From assembly GCA_032718475.1 (NCBI GenBank), contig JAUCBJ010003590.1, forward strand, positions 1-64,000: 64,000 nucleotides of DNA, read 5' to 3'. The first letter of the stretch is position 1. Each line of letters opens with the position of its first letter. Source of the DNA: Nemertoderma westbladi (Eukaryota > Animalia > Xenacoelomorpha). The translations under genes were made by a program, and so were the position numbers. The notes under the pieces are model-generated. The model worked only from the letters and a program-made list of their open reading frames with translations, did not search any database and was not told where the DNA came from. This document shows positions 48,425-61,315 of this stretch, piece by piece.

Positions 48425-51400
48425 CTAATAGCCGAGACTGTTAAATCGACCTGTATTGAATACGAATATTGTAATTACATCGATAAGGGCGACCGCCTTG
48501 TCGCGCAGCGCTGTCGTGGAGACTGGGTGACTGTCAGGTCCGTGTGGTGGGCCAAATAAGATAGTGGTAAGTGTTGGTCTTAGTCCTAAAGCCGAAATAG
48601 CTGCATGCAACATAATATGGTGAGAATGAAATAGTGGGCATTCCATAAAGTAGTGGAAAGTGTCCTCCCGTTGATGGCCACAGGAACATGATTTGACGGT
48701 TTGGACATGATTGGAGTAAAGGTCAGAGTTCAGAGATGAGCAATTACATCTCAGTCTGGCAAGTAAGCCGTTTATAGTTGGAGACCCAAGGGAGTAATAG
48801 GGAGGGATTGGATGCAGAGAACAAATTATAGGCAATACACTTTGCTTAAAAGTTGTGATAGAGTCTGCGGACTGCTTATCTGTAGGAAGACTGTTCCAGA
48901 GACAAACGACGGAAGGCAAGAATGAGTCTCTGTAAAAGTTTCTGCATGCCATTGGCGGACGAACGTTACCAGAGTTACGGGTGTCATAGACGCTGGCAGA
49001 CCTTACAACAGGGGGAAGCATGTCTAGTAAGTGCTGTGGGGCGTGGCCAGACATCATTTTATAGAAAATACACAATTTCTGATAGTCCCGTCTTTGTTGA
49101 AGTGGACATAGACCAGACTCCTTGTACAACTTGTTTGTGGGGCAAGATATTGTTAATCGACACACGATTCGAATTGATTCCTTATTTAGGAGTTCCAACT
49201 CAGTTTTGAGTTCCTGAGAACAGTTGTCCCAAACGGCACCGGCGTATTCCAGGTTTGAACGAACAAAAGATTTGTAAATGTTCATTAATGCATCTCTACC
49301 AACTTTGTACTTAACAATTCTTAACATGTTTAACTTCTTGTTGGCAGCGACGAGCATTTTTGCAACCTGTGAATGCCATTTTAAGGAGGATGAGAAGATG
49401 AGGCCGAGATGCCTATGCTCTGAGACTTCTGGGATAGGAATACCATTGAGAAATAAGGGGAGGTGATTTGGGTCGCGCGATCTGCGGTGAGAAAAAAGCA
49501 TACACTCAGATTTAGCAAGGTTAAATTTGACCAACCATCTTGCTCCCCAATTGGAAATTGAGTTGAGATCCGCATTAAGTGCGGATGCGGCAAGGATACA
49601 ATTCGACCTAGAGTTGACTTCTATGTAAAGAGCTGTGTCGTCAGCATAGAGACTAATATTACCAGTGACTACGTCTACTATGTCATTGATAAAAATCAAA
49701 AACAGTAATGGGCCCAACACAGAACCTTGTGGAACTCCAGCCAAGACCTTAACCCATGATGACTGTTGACCATTCACTACGACGCATTGAAAATTATCTT
49801 TTAAATAGTTATGAAGCCATTCAAGAAGCTTTCCTCCAATACCCATGTTTTCGATTTTATATAGAAGACTTTTGTGGTGGACTTTATCAAATGCTTTGCT
49901 AATATCCAGGAAAACTATGCATACCTCTTTTCCTTTGTCTAAGGCATTAACAAGGGCGTTGTAGAGAGAAATCAATTGGTAGATGGTCCCATCACCACTT
50001 TTAAAGCCAGACTGAAATTTTGAAATGTAATTTTTGACATGAGCAAAGATTATTCTGTGGATGTAATGTTCAAACAGCTTGCCGAGGTTACTAGTAAGGG
50101 CCACAGGACGGAAGTTGTTGCAAATATCGTTTGGAATATTTTTTAGGAGTGGCAAAACATAACGCAATTTCCAGTTCTTCGGGTGAACCACACTATCAAA
50201 TATGAACTGGAACAGTTTAGAAAGGTGATTTATGATTACAGGCATCCCATCCCGGCTTTAATCATTTTATTGGAAATCCCCTCAGCCGCACAGGTAGCAC
50301 TGTCAGGGTCTAAAGTTTTTATGTCACACAGAATTTCGGGCGTATGAAAGACAATCTCAGTTAACAAAGGTTCTGGAAAAGCAGTATGAGGCATAATGAA
50401 GTTTGATTCATCCAATGAATACTGGTCAATGAAAAAGGAGTTGAAGAGGTCTGCTTCCTCTTTTGGAGTGACAGCAACAACATTATTATAAGATATTGAG
50501 GGAATCTCCTGTTCTGGTACTTTCCCCAGCAGTTGTTTACAGATCAACCACCATTGTTTACTGGAAAATCTGGTTGAAATGAGTTTGTCCGACAGGTTTG
50601 AGAAATACTCCTTTTTTGCTTTACGGCATTCAAGAATGTACTTGTTTCTGGCTAGGCGGAAACTGGTCCAGGAGTTGTCATTGTTAGTAGATTTTGCTGT
50701 CCTGTGAACTCTGTCCTTTATACGAGAGAGGCGCCTTAACTTAGTGGTGTACCATGGCTTGTCGTTTGGGCGTACAGTAATAATTTTGTTCGGAATGGAA
50801 GAACTCGCACAGAGCATAAATTTGTCAGTCCATGCAGAAACAACTTTGTTAACTTCTGTATGCTCTAAGTAGACACTATCCCAGTCTGTTTCACTCAACT
50901 GATGCCTGAATTTTGAAAAATCCGCCTCCTTGTACAGCCAAATGCGCCTGGTGTACGATGGGATGTTTCGAATGGGAAATTTATATGAGAAAGAGATAAT
51001 GATCACTTGTGCTGTAAGGGCTAGATACAACTATATTGGAAATTGAATCGGGAAGATTTGAAATAACAGATGACGGCGAAGTGCTGGTCAATTGTGTTAT
51101 ACGTGTTGGCTCCCTAATATGTTGGAATAAACATTGGCGTGAAATAAAGGAAGTTATTTCACGACATTTTGATCAGTTTAAAAGGTCCTGGTTGAAGTCG
51201 CCCAAAATAAGTATTTCATTGAAACCTAAACTTTTTATTTCTGAAACCATCGAATTTGCTGCTTCCCAAAAAGAACTAGTAGTGGTGTTGGGGCGATAGA
51301 ATAGACCTATGGCGAGTTTTCTAGAACTAAGGGTACAGGAGCACCACAATGATTCGAATAGGGGATCTATATCCTCTATGTTAGAGAGTCTCTTAACAGT

Positions 51401-51826
51401 AAACATATTGGAAATGTATAAAGCTAGGCCACCACCGTGCGAAGGGCGGTCACGGCGCTGAGGTTCGTGAAACTTTGAAATAAGGAATTTCTTGGAAATA
51501 TGTGCTGGTGAAAACCATGTCTCGACAAATGCAAGAACTTCAAATTTTGAGGATAAATTTTCTGGCAAAAAATCCCAATTGCAGGATAATGACTGAATGT
51601 TCGTCAGCATAACTCGGAGAGATGGGAGATTTGGGCCGGGGTTAGGGTGAATGTCCCCAGATATGTACAAAATAAAGATTAAACAAGCAATAAACCATAC
51701 GAGAGCTAAGCCTGTAAACATCCACGAGGTAAGAGTGTCTAAAAAGTGCTCACTTTTTAAGTATCCGGAGATAGCCCCATGAAAAGTCCCCACGCTTGCT
51801 CGCCACTGCTCAATAGAGATATTCAT
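48425..51826 (-). pseudogene. LINE ORF2 (APE endonuclease + RT), split by frameshifts
   Basis: APE: TNIQSL, FVETW, GGGLALYI, YRP, LGDFN; RT: FRPVAL, FLDISKAFDKV, GVPQGSVLGPLLF, YADD; C-terminal CSCG..EDTFHYFMECP. Confidence 0.92.
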
Positions 51827-52503
51827 TTAAATAGGAGGAAACGAAATTGAATGAGGTAGCAAGCGTGCGAGAGGGGGTGTCTTGTAGGATTGCAACACGC
51901 AATTCACACTGATTGTCCCAAAGAGAAAATTATGTTTGTCAATAAGAAAGATGACACAGCGACAGGCAGGTGCTGATTGGTTTGGGAATGTTCCAACACA
52001 CGAGTGACATTCATACAAATACCCCAGTACACGTACAGCACACACACACAGCACACACAACAGACACACAAAATATGAGAATGGGATGGAATGAGATATG
52101 AGTGGAATGGGGTAAACCCAAGAAGCGGAAACAATGAGATGACATTGTTTTTATTGTAATTTGTATTCCCATCACCGTAAAATGTATTAATAATATAACA
52201 TATAGCAATATGGGGTAATGAAGGCCTAACAACTGACAAAGAAGACATCGGCACGTAATAAAACAATACAGTTTTGCTGGTTATCAATCACCGTAAAAAA
52301 ATGTTTAAGTTGATTACCAACCGGAACCCAGTAATATAAGGTGTTTATTGAAGTACTAAACCTATACTGTATACTTAAAAGTAAACAGCAAAAATGGAAA
52401 TACCGAAGTAAATGCCGGTACTAAAAAAATATGTTCACTGAGTTCGCACATCCAAAGGAACTACTTGCTTTTAAAAGTAAAAAAAAGAAAAGAAAAAAAT
52501 TTG

Positions 52504-52923
52504 TTTAAACCGAACGGCTTTACTGCTCACTTACTTGAAATTATAAAAAAACATGCTAATAAACAAAAGTAACTATTACTGTTCTTGAAATGCTGAGAAA
52601 AAAAAAATGTAATTTAAATCAAACGGCTTTGTTGCTCATTTACTTGATATGAAAAAAAAATGCTAATAAACAAATGTAACTATTACTGTTCTTGAAATGC
52701 TAGAAAAAAACAACCGGAATATATTTAAATCAAACCGCTTTACTCCTCACTTACTGAAATTATAGAAAAATATGCTAATAAACAAAAGTAACTATTACTG
52801 TTCATGAAATGCTTGGGGAAAAAAAATATTTAATTTAAATCAAACGGCTTTGTTGCTCATTTACTTGATATAAAAAAAAAAAATGCTAATAAACAAAAGT
52901 AACTATTATTGTTCGTGAAATGC
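52504..52923. repeat. ~110-bp tandem repeat x4 in the LINE inter-ORF region
   Basis: TTTAAATCAAACGGCTTT..TGCTCA.TTACTTGA..ATGCTAATAAACAAAAGTAACTATTACTGTTC.TGAAATGC repeated four times. Confidence 0.85.
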
Positions 52924-53041
52924 CATTGCCATGCATTTTACATGCACTAGTCAGAACCTGTCGTCGAGATTAATAAATTGGTTTGGGCTGTAAAAAGCGC
53001 AACCGCAATTTGATGCGTTAGCTTGGTAGAAGATCTTACAA

Positions 53042-54082
53042 CTAATTGCCAATGAGAAGGGAAGTTAAACCTGGAGCCAACCGCTTCAGAGAGAGCAGGA
53101 TATCAGCGAGACAGACCTTAGGATCTGTAGGGTTATGGCAATCGGTGATTAGCGACTCCACAATATCAAGAATAGATTTGAGATGGGTGATCTGTGTTGT
53201 TTCACCAGATAAACTTTTAACAAAGATTGAGCCATCCCTTGTCCAGCAGTCCGAGATTAACTTAGCCTTAACAAGTTTGCGACACTCGTAGAATAAAGAA
53301 GCACGGAAAGGGGTAAGGCATTCGTTGATGTATATGCGATCGGCAGCTATGTTTGTCTTTAGCTGAAATCGCGACCTGAAAAAACGATCTCGCGCTCTGT
53401 AAGTAGAGAACTTTACAACTAGTTGTTTTTTATTAAGGGATGGGTGAAACCGCGACGTATCTTTCTCTAATTCGAATGACTCAAGGCCGCAACGCTGAGC
53501 AATTGTGCAAAGGAGGTTCTCAATTCTATTGTCGAGGGAGGGACTGGTTGCCAGGTTTGTTGGGGGGGTCACCTTGTTGTTAATTGTCGAGTCGACTAAC
53601 GGACCAGATATTAGGAGGGTTTCGCGTCTTAAGTACTGGCTGTCCGAATCAGACTTCAATGCCAAACTGAATAAACTGTCTGATAGCTTCGAGCATTCTG
53701 AACATGGTTGTTGGAGTTTGGCGTCGATTGAAGCGACTAATTAGTGGGCGAGGTCATCGAATTTGATAGCAATCTGGTCGGCAATATCGGAACCCAGGGA
53801 CTTGAGGAGGGAACGGATGGAAGGGTCTGTTTCGTTCCCACTTCCGGACAGCGTCACAGAGGGAAAAACGATATCCAACTCGGCAGGGACAGACTCGGGC
53901 ACTGCGCTCCAAGCGGGAGCAGGTTGGCCTGCCGGTAAGCGTTTTGCATCAGGAGAGGAAACCGAGGAAGAGTGCGAAAGATCGCTGTAGTTGCGCTTAC
54001 CGGTACTGCTCGTATCGGTAGAATGCGCAGGGTCAATGTTATAGGGTGAGATCGAGTTTGGCTTTGGACCAATGTCAGACAT
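53042..54082 (-). pseudogene. LINE ORF1 (RRM/FP-protein C-terminal-like) with one in-frame stop
   Basis: ORFs 53741-54082 and 53042-53665 share a frame; LVVKFSTY..RD..IYINECLTP.R..LF..R....CWTRDGSIFVK is typical of invertebrate CR1-type ORF1. Confidence 0.8.
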
Positions 54083-55137
54083 ACCGCTATTATTGTGAAA
54101 AGTAAGAATCAGAACCCAACCAGATGGGCAAATTAAGCAATATTAATATACAAAGTGCAATAATGCCGGATCGGTAGTTGATACAGTTGTAAACTACATC
54201 TCAGTGTGTACCGGTAGGTAGGCTAAATTGAAAGTCTGAAATAGGTGATGCTCTACAAAACTACTGACCGTGACCTGTCATCATCATCATTTCTGGGTAT
54301 CAGGGTATGTATATTATAGTTAGTGATGGTGATAAATTCAAAATCTTCAGAATTTGATACTGGTGTAGCAGCATTATAGTTCAGTTCACTGCCTGACTGC
54401 CAGACTGCAGTTTATGCAGCCGGTAATGAGCGGCAAGAAGAAATACCAGTAATGCCAGAATGTAGTACAGTTTCAACAATAAGTACCGACTTTGATTCCA
54501 TCAGTTTGGTCTTATACCAGCATTCAGCATATGGATGGTAAATAAATAGACAGATGACAGATAGGGTTACCATCCGACAGTCCGATGTCCGGTATTCAGT
54601 ATTACTGTATTCAGTATTACCACGCGCACACTGGCTGACTGGTTATATTTACGCAAAACGGTAGACGGTACGATAATGGTAGGCTGTTGGTCAGTTAGTA
54701 CCGGTATGCCCAGTCTTCAGCTTTCTGGCTTTACAGGTACACCAACATTACAGCAGTACAGTGGTCCAGGCACCAATGTGCGAAATCCAGGCTGGTTCTG
54801 TAAAACTGTTTTTCATTGTTTTAAAATCTTTCTTACTTAATAATAACATATATAATAAACTGATTAGCATTTAGGTAAATATGATAATTATAGTTCAGTA
54901 CATAATAATTAACGGTATAAGGCACCAGATCACGGTACCGGTAAGTATAACACAGACAGACACAGTCTGTGTATGAAAATGACTGAAAGGCAGAACAAGG
55001 AAACAACACGTCCTTCTGTAGTTGGTTAGTAAGAATATAATCAAGCGCAGTCAGCCATATGTATAGTAAAAATATGTGGTACTAAAAAATTACTTCAATC
55101 CTAAATACAGTATAATTATTATCTGTAATTTAGGACA

Positions 55138-55630
55138 GCTCTAGTAGTTTTCGAGATATGAAGATTTCCTGGCACCCATACCATATGAGCACTTTTCGGA
55201 ATTGATAAAATTACTCAATATACATCACCCTTCAAGACTTCGGTATATCATTAAACCATATGCTTTTTTGGTTAATCGAATTAATTATTAGTAATTAATA
55301 GATACGACCCGCCAAGCTGCTGCAAAGCCCCAAAATTTAGTGGGCCAGTTATTTATCTTAGATACAAGATACAACACCTGAAACAATAGGTCTAGCGTGT
55401 CGAAAGTACTTGTCCCTAACTAAAATTATGTCTTCTTTCAGATGAGACAAATAAATATTTAATAGCTCCAATAGTTTTCGAGATATGAGGAGTTCCTGGC
55501 ACCCATACCAGATCAGCGACTTTTCAAATTAATAAAATTACTCAAAATACAAGCATCACCCTTCAAGACTTTGGTATAACCATTAAACCATATTATGCTT
55601 TTTTGGTTAGTCGAATTAATTATTAGCAAT
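55138..55630. repeat. ~330-bp tandem repeat that was the target of the minus-strand BEL (left part at ~41877-41992)
   Basis: TAGATACGACCCGC.AAGCTGCTGCAAAGCCCC at 41877 and 55299; TAGTTTTCGAGATATGA..TCCTGGCACCCATACCA at ~55145 and ~55472. Confidence 0.8.
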
Positions 55631-57856
55631 CGAAAGCGAAATTAGAATAAAATCTACAGTGTTTATTTTATAATAGACACTAAAAGAGCACCAAAATTAC
55701 AAGTAGCTCTAAATTTTCAAATAGCCAAAAGTGGTAATTTGGCCTTATAGCTTGGCTACTGAGGTTTTAGAATGTGCTGATTTCATTGGCAAGGTTTATA
55801 AAACTGTGGTATTTTAAAAAATGGCCAAATGTCAAAATGTCAAATGACAAAATGTCAGTCGAAAAGTTTAAGTGCCAGCCAGTGCACTTCTATTTCAGTA
55901 CTGCAGTACTCTGGTACTGGTCCGGTAATAATGTAGTGAATTATGTGGTATGTGCATTGCACTGCACAAATGCGTTAGGCATTTCATTACTGATGACTGA
56001 ATTATGCTGTTACGCATCAATGCCTTATCATTATTGTAGTTTGTAGTACTGTACCTATATTTATTTGATAGGCTAGTTATTATCACTTCCACACAAGCTG
56101 GCAGCCACGGGAGCCTAATCTTGGTCTGGTCATAGTATCTGAATCTGTATGCAGGCCGTAGCAGTTTTAGTTGTTTCTGTGTGTATAGATGCCGCTCGCG
56201 CGCTCGGTCTACAGTTCGACTAGTCAGGGATTTTCTACAGAACAGATGACACCAGGGCCTTCCGCTTCCACAACATTTGAACATTTCGACGAGCGATATA
56301 TTCAGTAAACCCGGAATCTGTTCCGATTTCAGTGTGCTAAATGCCTCAAATCCCTCGGAGCCCGCCAGTAAAAGAATATACTGTACCATTCATTGTCCAT
56401 CGATGTCAAGGCTTTTACAAGAGGCTGACCCACTTCCACCGCTACGAGTCTGTCTGAAACTCTTATGAGTGTTATCAAGTGCCTTGGGGTACCTGCCGCA
56501 CAGCAGGAACACTCACGAAAGTATATGTGTATATATATATTATCTAATATATATATCTGAACTGAATGTACAATCAATCACTGTAAGTATATAGCTTCAG
56601 CGCTTATAAACTGCTTCAAGGGAGTAAAGTGACAGTTACGTGTAAACCGTTCTGTTATATTGTGTTGTTGGCAAGCAAATGTGCGTGTGACTTACATATA
56701 TTACAGGTAGGACACTATGTTGGACTTAGTGCGTGGTAAGCGCACAGTTCACTCGTGCTGCATACATAGTGTTAGTAGATGATATTTACTAGTTGGGGAA
56801 TAATATTGCAGTACTATGGACGCACACACTCGCACTAAAATGAACTGAATCTTTTACAGACAGGGTGCAGTCAGCACTAACCGTGTGGAAATCGAGTTAG
56901 TTTGATCTCTGGTCTTGTATATTCATCAACAATAGTAAAGCAATAATAGTAAATAATAATAATGTAATACAGCAATGCATACAGCAAGGTGACATATCAC
57001 GAGTCCTGCAAGTTACATGACTTATAACATGCTTATTATGATGTTAGGTTATGCCTGAGAGTAATGGGATGAACATGGACTATATAAACAAGCAATACTG
57101 CAAAAATAGAACAGCCAATAGGACGCAAGAATACCTGTACCGTTAGTTACCAATGAGAGTTCAGCACTACCACAACTGCTGCTAGGCAACATATAAACAA
57201 GGTTCACGGTGGTATACAACATGAGTTAGGCATAAATATCATACGCACAGAAATTGAATGATTCTCTAATAAAAATATAAGATTTCGATATACAGTTAGT
57301 GTGTGCAGCAAAACCGTTCCCTAAAATTACATACAAGTTCAACAATCATTCTATGAATAACACAATATCGAGTTTTGAAAATTTACGTGTAAAGGGACAT
57401 ATACAATCTTTCAACAGTTAAAGACAACGTTGATATTGGATACTTACTACGCACGATTAAATGCGATAAACAATCTAACTAAATAATTAAATGAAATTAA
57501 TTAAGGGTAGATCAACTTCTCATATAAAGTAATAAAGTTCGTTGAGTCAGACTAAATAAATATTAAACGACCTTTCAAACAATATTAGAGTTCGATATGT
57601 TTACAAATATGATAGGTAATTTTTAAGTAGGTAATTAGGTAATATTAATCGACATAAGTAGGTAAGTATTGAGTCATATTATCCTTCAAATATAAAATAC
57701 ACAAATTCGACTAATATATTGAGTTTCATTCTTATAGTAAGAAATACATATTGTTCATTATTTGCAAATATGATAGTTTTACAACGTACTTAATGGTTGA
57801 CAAATGAGTACAGTGATTTTATAAAGTTTGACAGGCTAACTAATAGCAATCTTATA

Positions 57857-60282
57857 TTATCGCTTTTGCTTGGGATGCTTAGGGTTATTTCGCATACAGA
57901 GTCGTTTCCTCTTCTTTGCAGGCATTTGGGGCGCGGGTAACGTCAGGTCGTCGCTTGAAAGCGTCTCATTGGGACACGGGTGTATATCTACTGCATCTGG
58001 TGTCGGTGAAATCGGACGATCGGTGTATGTCCCGGTGGAGGTGCCGGGCATGGACAGGAACTCAACCGGTCTCGTTGCACCCGAGTCGACAGCCAGTCGA
58101 CGGATCTTTAGTCCTGGAGGAGCAGCTAAGCGCTTCCACTCAGCAGCCTGCACTGGTCTGGAGGGGACGGTTTGGGTAGCGACACCAAATGGGGGCTGCT
58201 TGCCGAGGAAAATTCTTGGAGGCACAGCATGGAGAACTGGTCCTTCACTTTGAGCGTGTTCGCTGAAAACTCGATGCTGAGGGAGCAGCTCGGGATGTCC
58301 TTCCAGGAACTGTGGACCATAAAACGTAGAGTCATTAATAAACTTTATTATATCGTAGGACGTTGCGCACTCTGGATGTATCTCGCGAAGGAAGCATCGG
58401 ACAAAGCGGGTGTTGGTGCAGGAAGCTACACAGTTGAGGAGCTCGTAACTCAGTAGCCAAGCACGCCGAACATCTGTTGCGCAGGTGAAGGGGGCAACCG
58501 TGTATACTCCGAGGTGAGCTTTCGCTGCGGCGCATCAGGACGTGGTGATCGCATTGAGATCTGCGCATCCTTCCCACGATTGAATGTATTGTGTGACACT
58601 CGTTTCATCTTCTACCTCGATGTTGGGACCAAAGGGGCAGTTTGGACTACTGTGTCCCTTGAGTTGGCAACGCTGTCACTGGGTGGCAAAGACTAGACAG
58701 GAAAAGAAGATGTGGTCATTGTTAATGTGGCAGTAGGGACAATAGAGTTTGATGTGACTATCGGTGAGGCGCTCACAAAGAACTCCAGGTTGGGTGGGAG
58801 GCTTGTGTGTGCGAAGACCGCAATGCGTACAATGGACATGTTTGCGAAATAACATAAAACAGAAACCTCGAACTGTGAGCCGCTTGGTCCCATGATACCA
58901 GTCGATTAAAGCGGACTCATTGTCAGGGGCGGGCACAACAGTGGTAGCTACTGAGGTCGCTTCTAGATGGATTGGTTCTTCCGCTTGGTCAGGGGCATCC
59001 ATAATATCAGTCTGTATTTGCCCAACCGAGAAGCCAGGTTTGATAATGGGTCTCTCAATCACCGATTGATGTAGATTGGAAATACATACGTCTCGGAATA
59101 TGGCAAAGCCGCCGCTGGCTAGCTCATCCATTGCAGAACGACGTAACTCTTGTTGAGACAATAACTTCACGCAAAACTGACTGTCAATGTTGGCAAAGGG
59201 GGTCAGGAAATGCCGAAAGCATTCGAAGTTCAGGAAATTACCGAGTTCATTGAGTTTGGCAAGTTGTGTTCCCAACAACAATGGGTGCGCTCTCAACGTA
59301 CGGCTACAGACATCTGCAAGCCATCCAGATAATGCTTGGTTTTCGAATATGAGGTACATCGCCAATGAGAGGTGCAAAGGAACGCTCATGAAACTATATA
59401 CGGCACCAGGAGCGGTGAGTGGTCCCTGAAAGTAATAAGGCAAATATGAGTCATCATAAAGTTCCAGCCATACTCCTGAAACGTGATATGGCCAGAAGAC
59501 GTACGGTCAACTCTGCTATATGTATCATTAGCGTTATGTCGGTACATGACCCATAAGAAGCCGCAGGATTGCGCCCAAGGAAGGATAACTTGGGTGTCGA
59601 CAAAGGGATATGGTATGTCGTGGACAACAGGGAAATCGTCTGTTAAATCCCGATATACGGCTGAACCGAGTTTATAAATAGATTCGTCCAATAGAATGTC
59701 CAGTACAGGTTGTGGTAATAAATCGGCGTCTATTCCCATGGCCGGGTGTCGATTCACATCGTTGACATAAGCCTCCGCTTTAACAATTTGTTGATGTCTT
59801 GCATGGCATTGATAGGTGGTCAAGGCTGGGAAAACGCTGTTGGTACCGCGACAAGTATGCGTAAAAACGTGTGTGGCTCCAGTGAGGCCATGGATATGAA
59901 TCAACCGAGTTGAACTGAGCTCATGATCTGGCACTGAGCCCTCATTGTAATAAATCATAACGCCGCAACTATGAATAGCATTAACTGTATGTAACGATTT
60001 AATGTTAGCCACTTCGGTGGTCAGTTCTACTGGTATACAGGAAGTATCCAATGAACCGGGTTCTCCACGCGCTATTCTTATAAATTCATAACTAGGCGTG
60101 TCACATATATTTGTGTTTGTTCGACATATCTAAAATCATCTTCAGGGTAGGCTACATCCAAGTTCCAGTGGACGAGGCGACGGTTATCCATAAATGTTTT
60201 TCATACTCCGGTTATATTCCTCCGAGAGTCATTGTCGTTGTGTTTCGAGATTATGTATTGAGTCGTCATTAGAAATATCCAT
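57857..60282 (-). pseudogene. Decayed ~800-codon ORF with three CCHC zinc knuckles and a basic C-terminus; probably TE cargo
   Basis: 57857-59443 is one frame with TGA stops at 58676 and 58535; frameshift into 59386-60051; candidate ATG at 60282. Knuckles CTHCGLRTH..C, CPYCHINNDHIFFSC and (*)QRCQLKGHSSPNC; tail KKRKRLCMRNNPKHPKQKR; no introns apparent. Confidence 0.65.
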
Positions 60283-61315
60283 AATTGTTATCAACAATGT
60301 ATAAATATATTAATAATTCAACAAAGCAAACCAATGAGTCGATATAATTGTTATGATAACTTGAGTTTGTATAGGGCCAGCAATGCTGAGCCGCCCTCGA
60401 TCCCCAGCCCGACACGGCCCAAGCTGCCCCTGGCCACGCTCGCTAGCGCCACTGTCTATTCCCTAGCCAACAGATGTGGAAGAACGGGTGGAAGACAAGC
60501 GTCTAATGCGCAGGGGAAGCTCGAGACCGGTCTCTCCAATGGTGGTCCGTCGGGGGCTCTATCGACTGTTATAGTGCGACTGAAATTAGTCTGCAATAGG
60601 GTTTCGGTTCACTACAGTAAACACACAGAGAATAGCTGTTATTTGTACTATCACACAAACTAACACACCCAATTTCACAAAACGCACAAATGTCCATTAC
60701 AAAACCTACTATTTCCCGAATGTTGATATTTTGAATTTCCATGGATACTCATTAAATAAATTTAAAGGTATTAATTTAAAAAAATATATATGATGAAACT
60801 CTAGAAATTTAATTAAAGGGTTGCGCGAGCGACACACCAGCGTCCCAATGTTTTAAATTAGTTATTAATTTATTGAGGATCAACATTCGGTAAATATAGT
60901 GGTAGAATAGGGTATTGCTCATTCATACAGATCTGGGTCTACTGTGATATTATTACGTCTTTGTTGGTTATATTATTTAATATATTTACTTGGTTGTGAT
61001 ATTTGTCTGTATAGTATCGGTGTTTATACTATTGTCGTATTAATGTCGTGATTAAATAATATGTACATAATTGCACATAATATACACATGTACATATCAT
61101 ACATAATTATTATGCCCCTTTTTTATTATCGAATGTTTATTGTAACAATAATAATCTGTTATAAATAATTATTACAATGCACCCAATAAATAGCGCGGAA
61201 TTAAACTAAATTAATTCAGTCTACAAGTTAATTACCTGTAAGCAATAAGTATTCGGCCGATAATTTATTTATTAGAATAATCCGTGATAAATATTCTAAT
61301 TCACCGCTGGGGGGG

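Larger units (their letters stand above)
47873..54275 (-). mobile_element. CR1/L2-group LINE nested in the BEL 5' UTR
   Basis: Poly(A) tail (T-run 47873-47896) with an upstream AATAAA on the minus strand; ORF1 and ORF2 present; 5' end approximate; no TSD seen. Confidence 0.88.
41993..55137 (-). mobile_element. BEL/Pao LTR retrotransposon, tRNA-primed, frameshifted, with a nested LINE
   Basis: LTRs 41993-42351 and 54777-55137 (~3 differences); TSD GCTCT (41988-41992, 55138-55142); PBS TGGTGCCTGGACC (54763-54775, resembles the tRNA-His type); PPT GGTGGCGGGAGTA. Confidence 0.95.
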
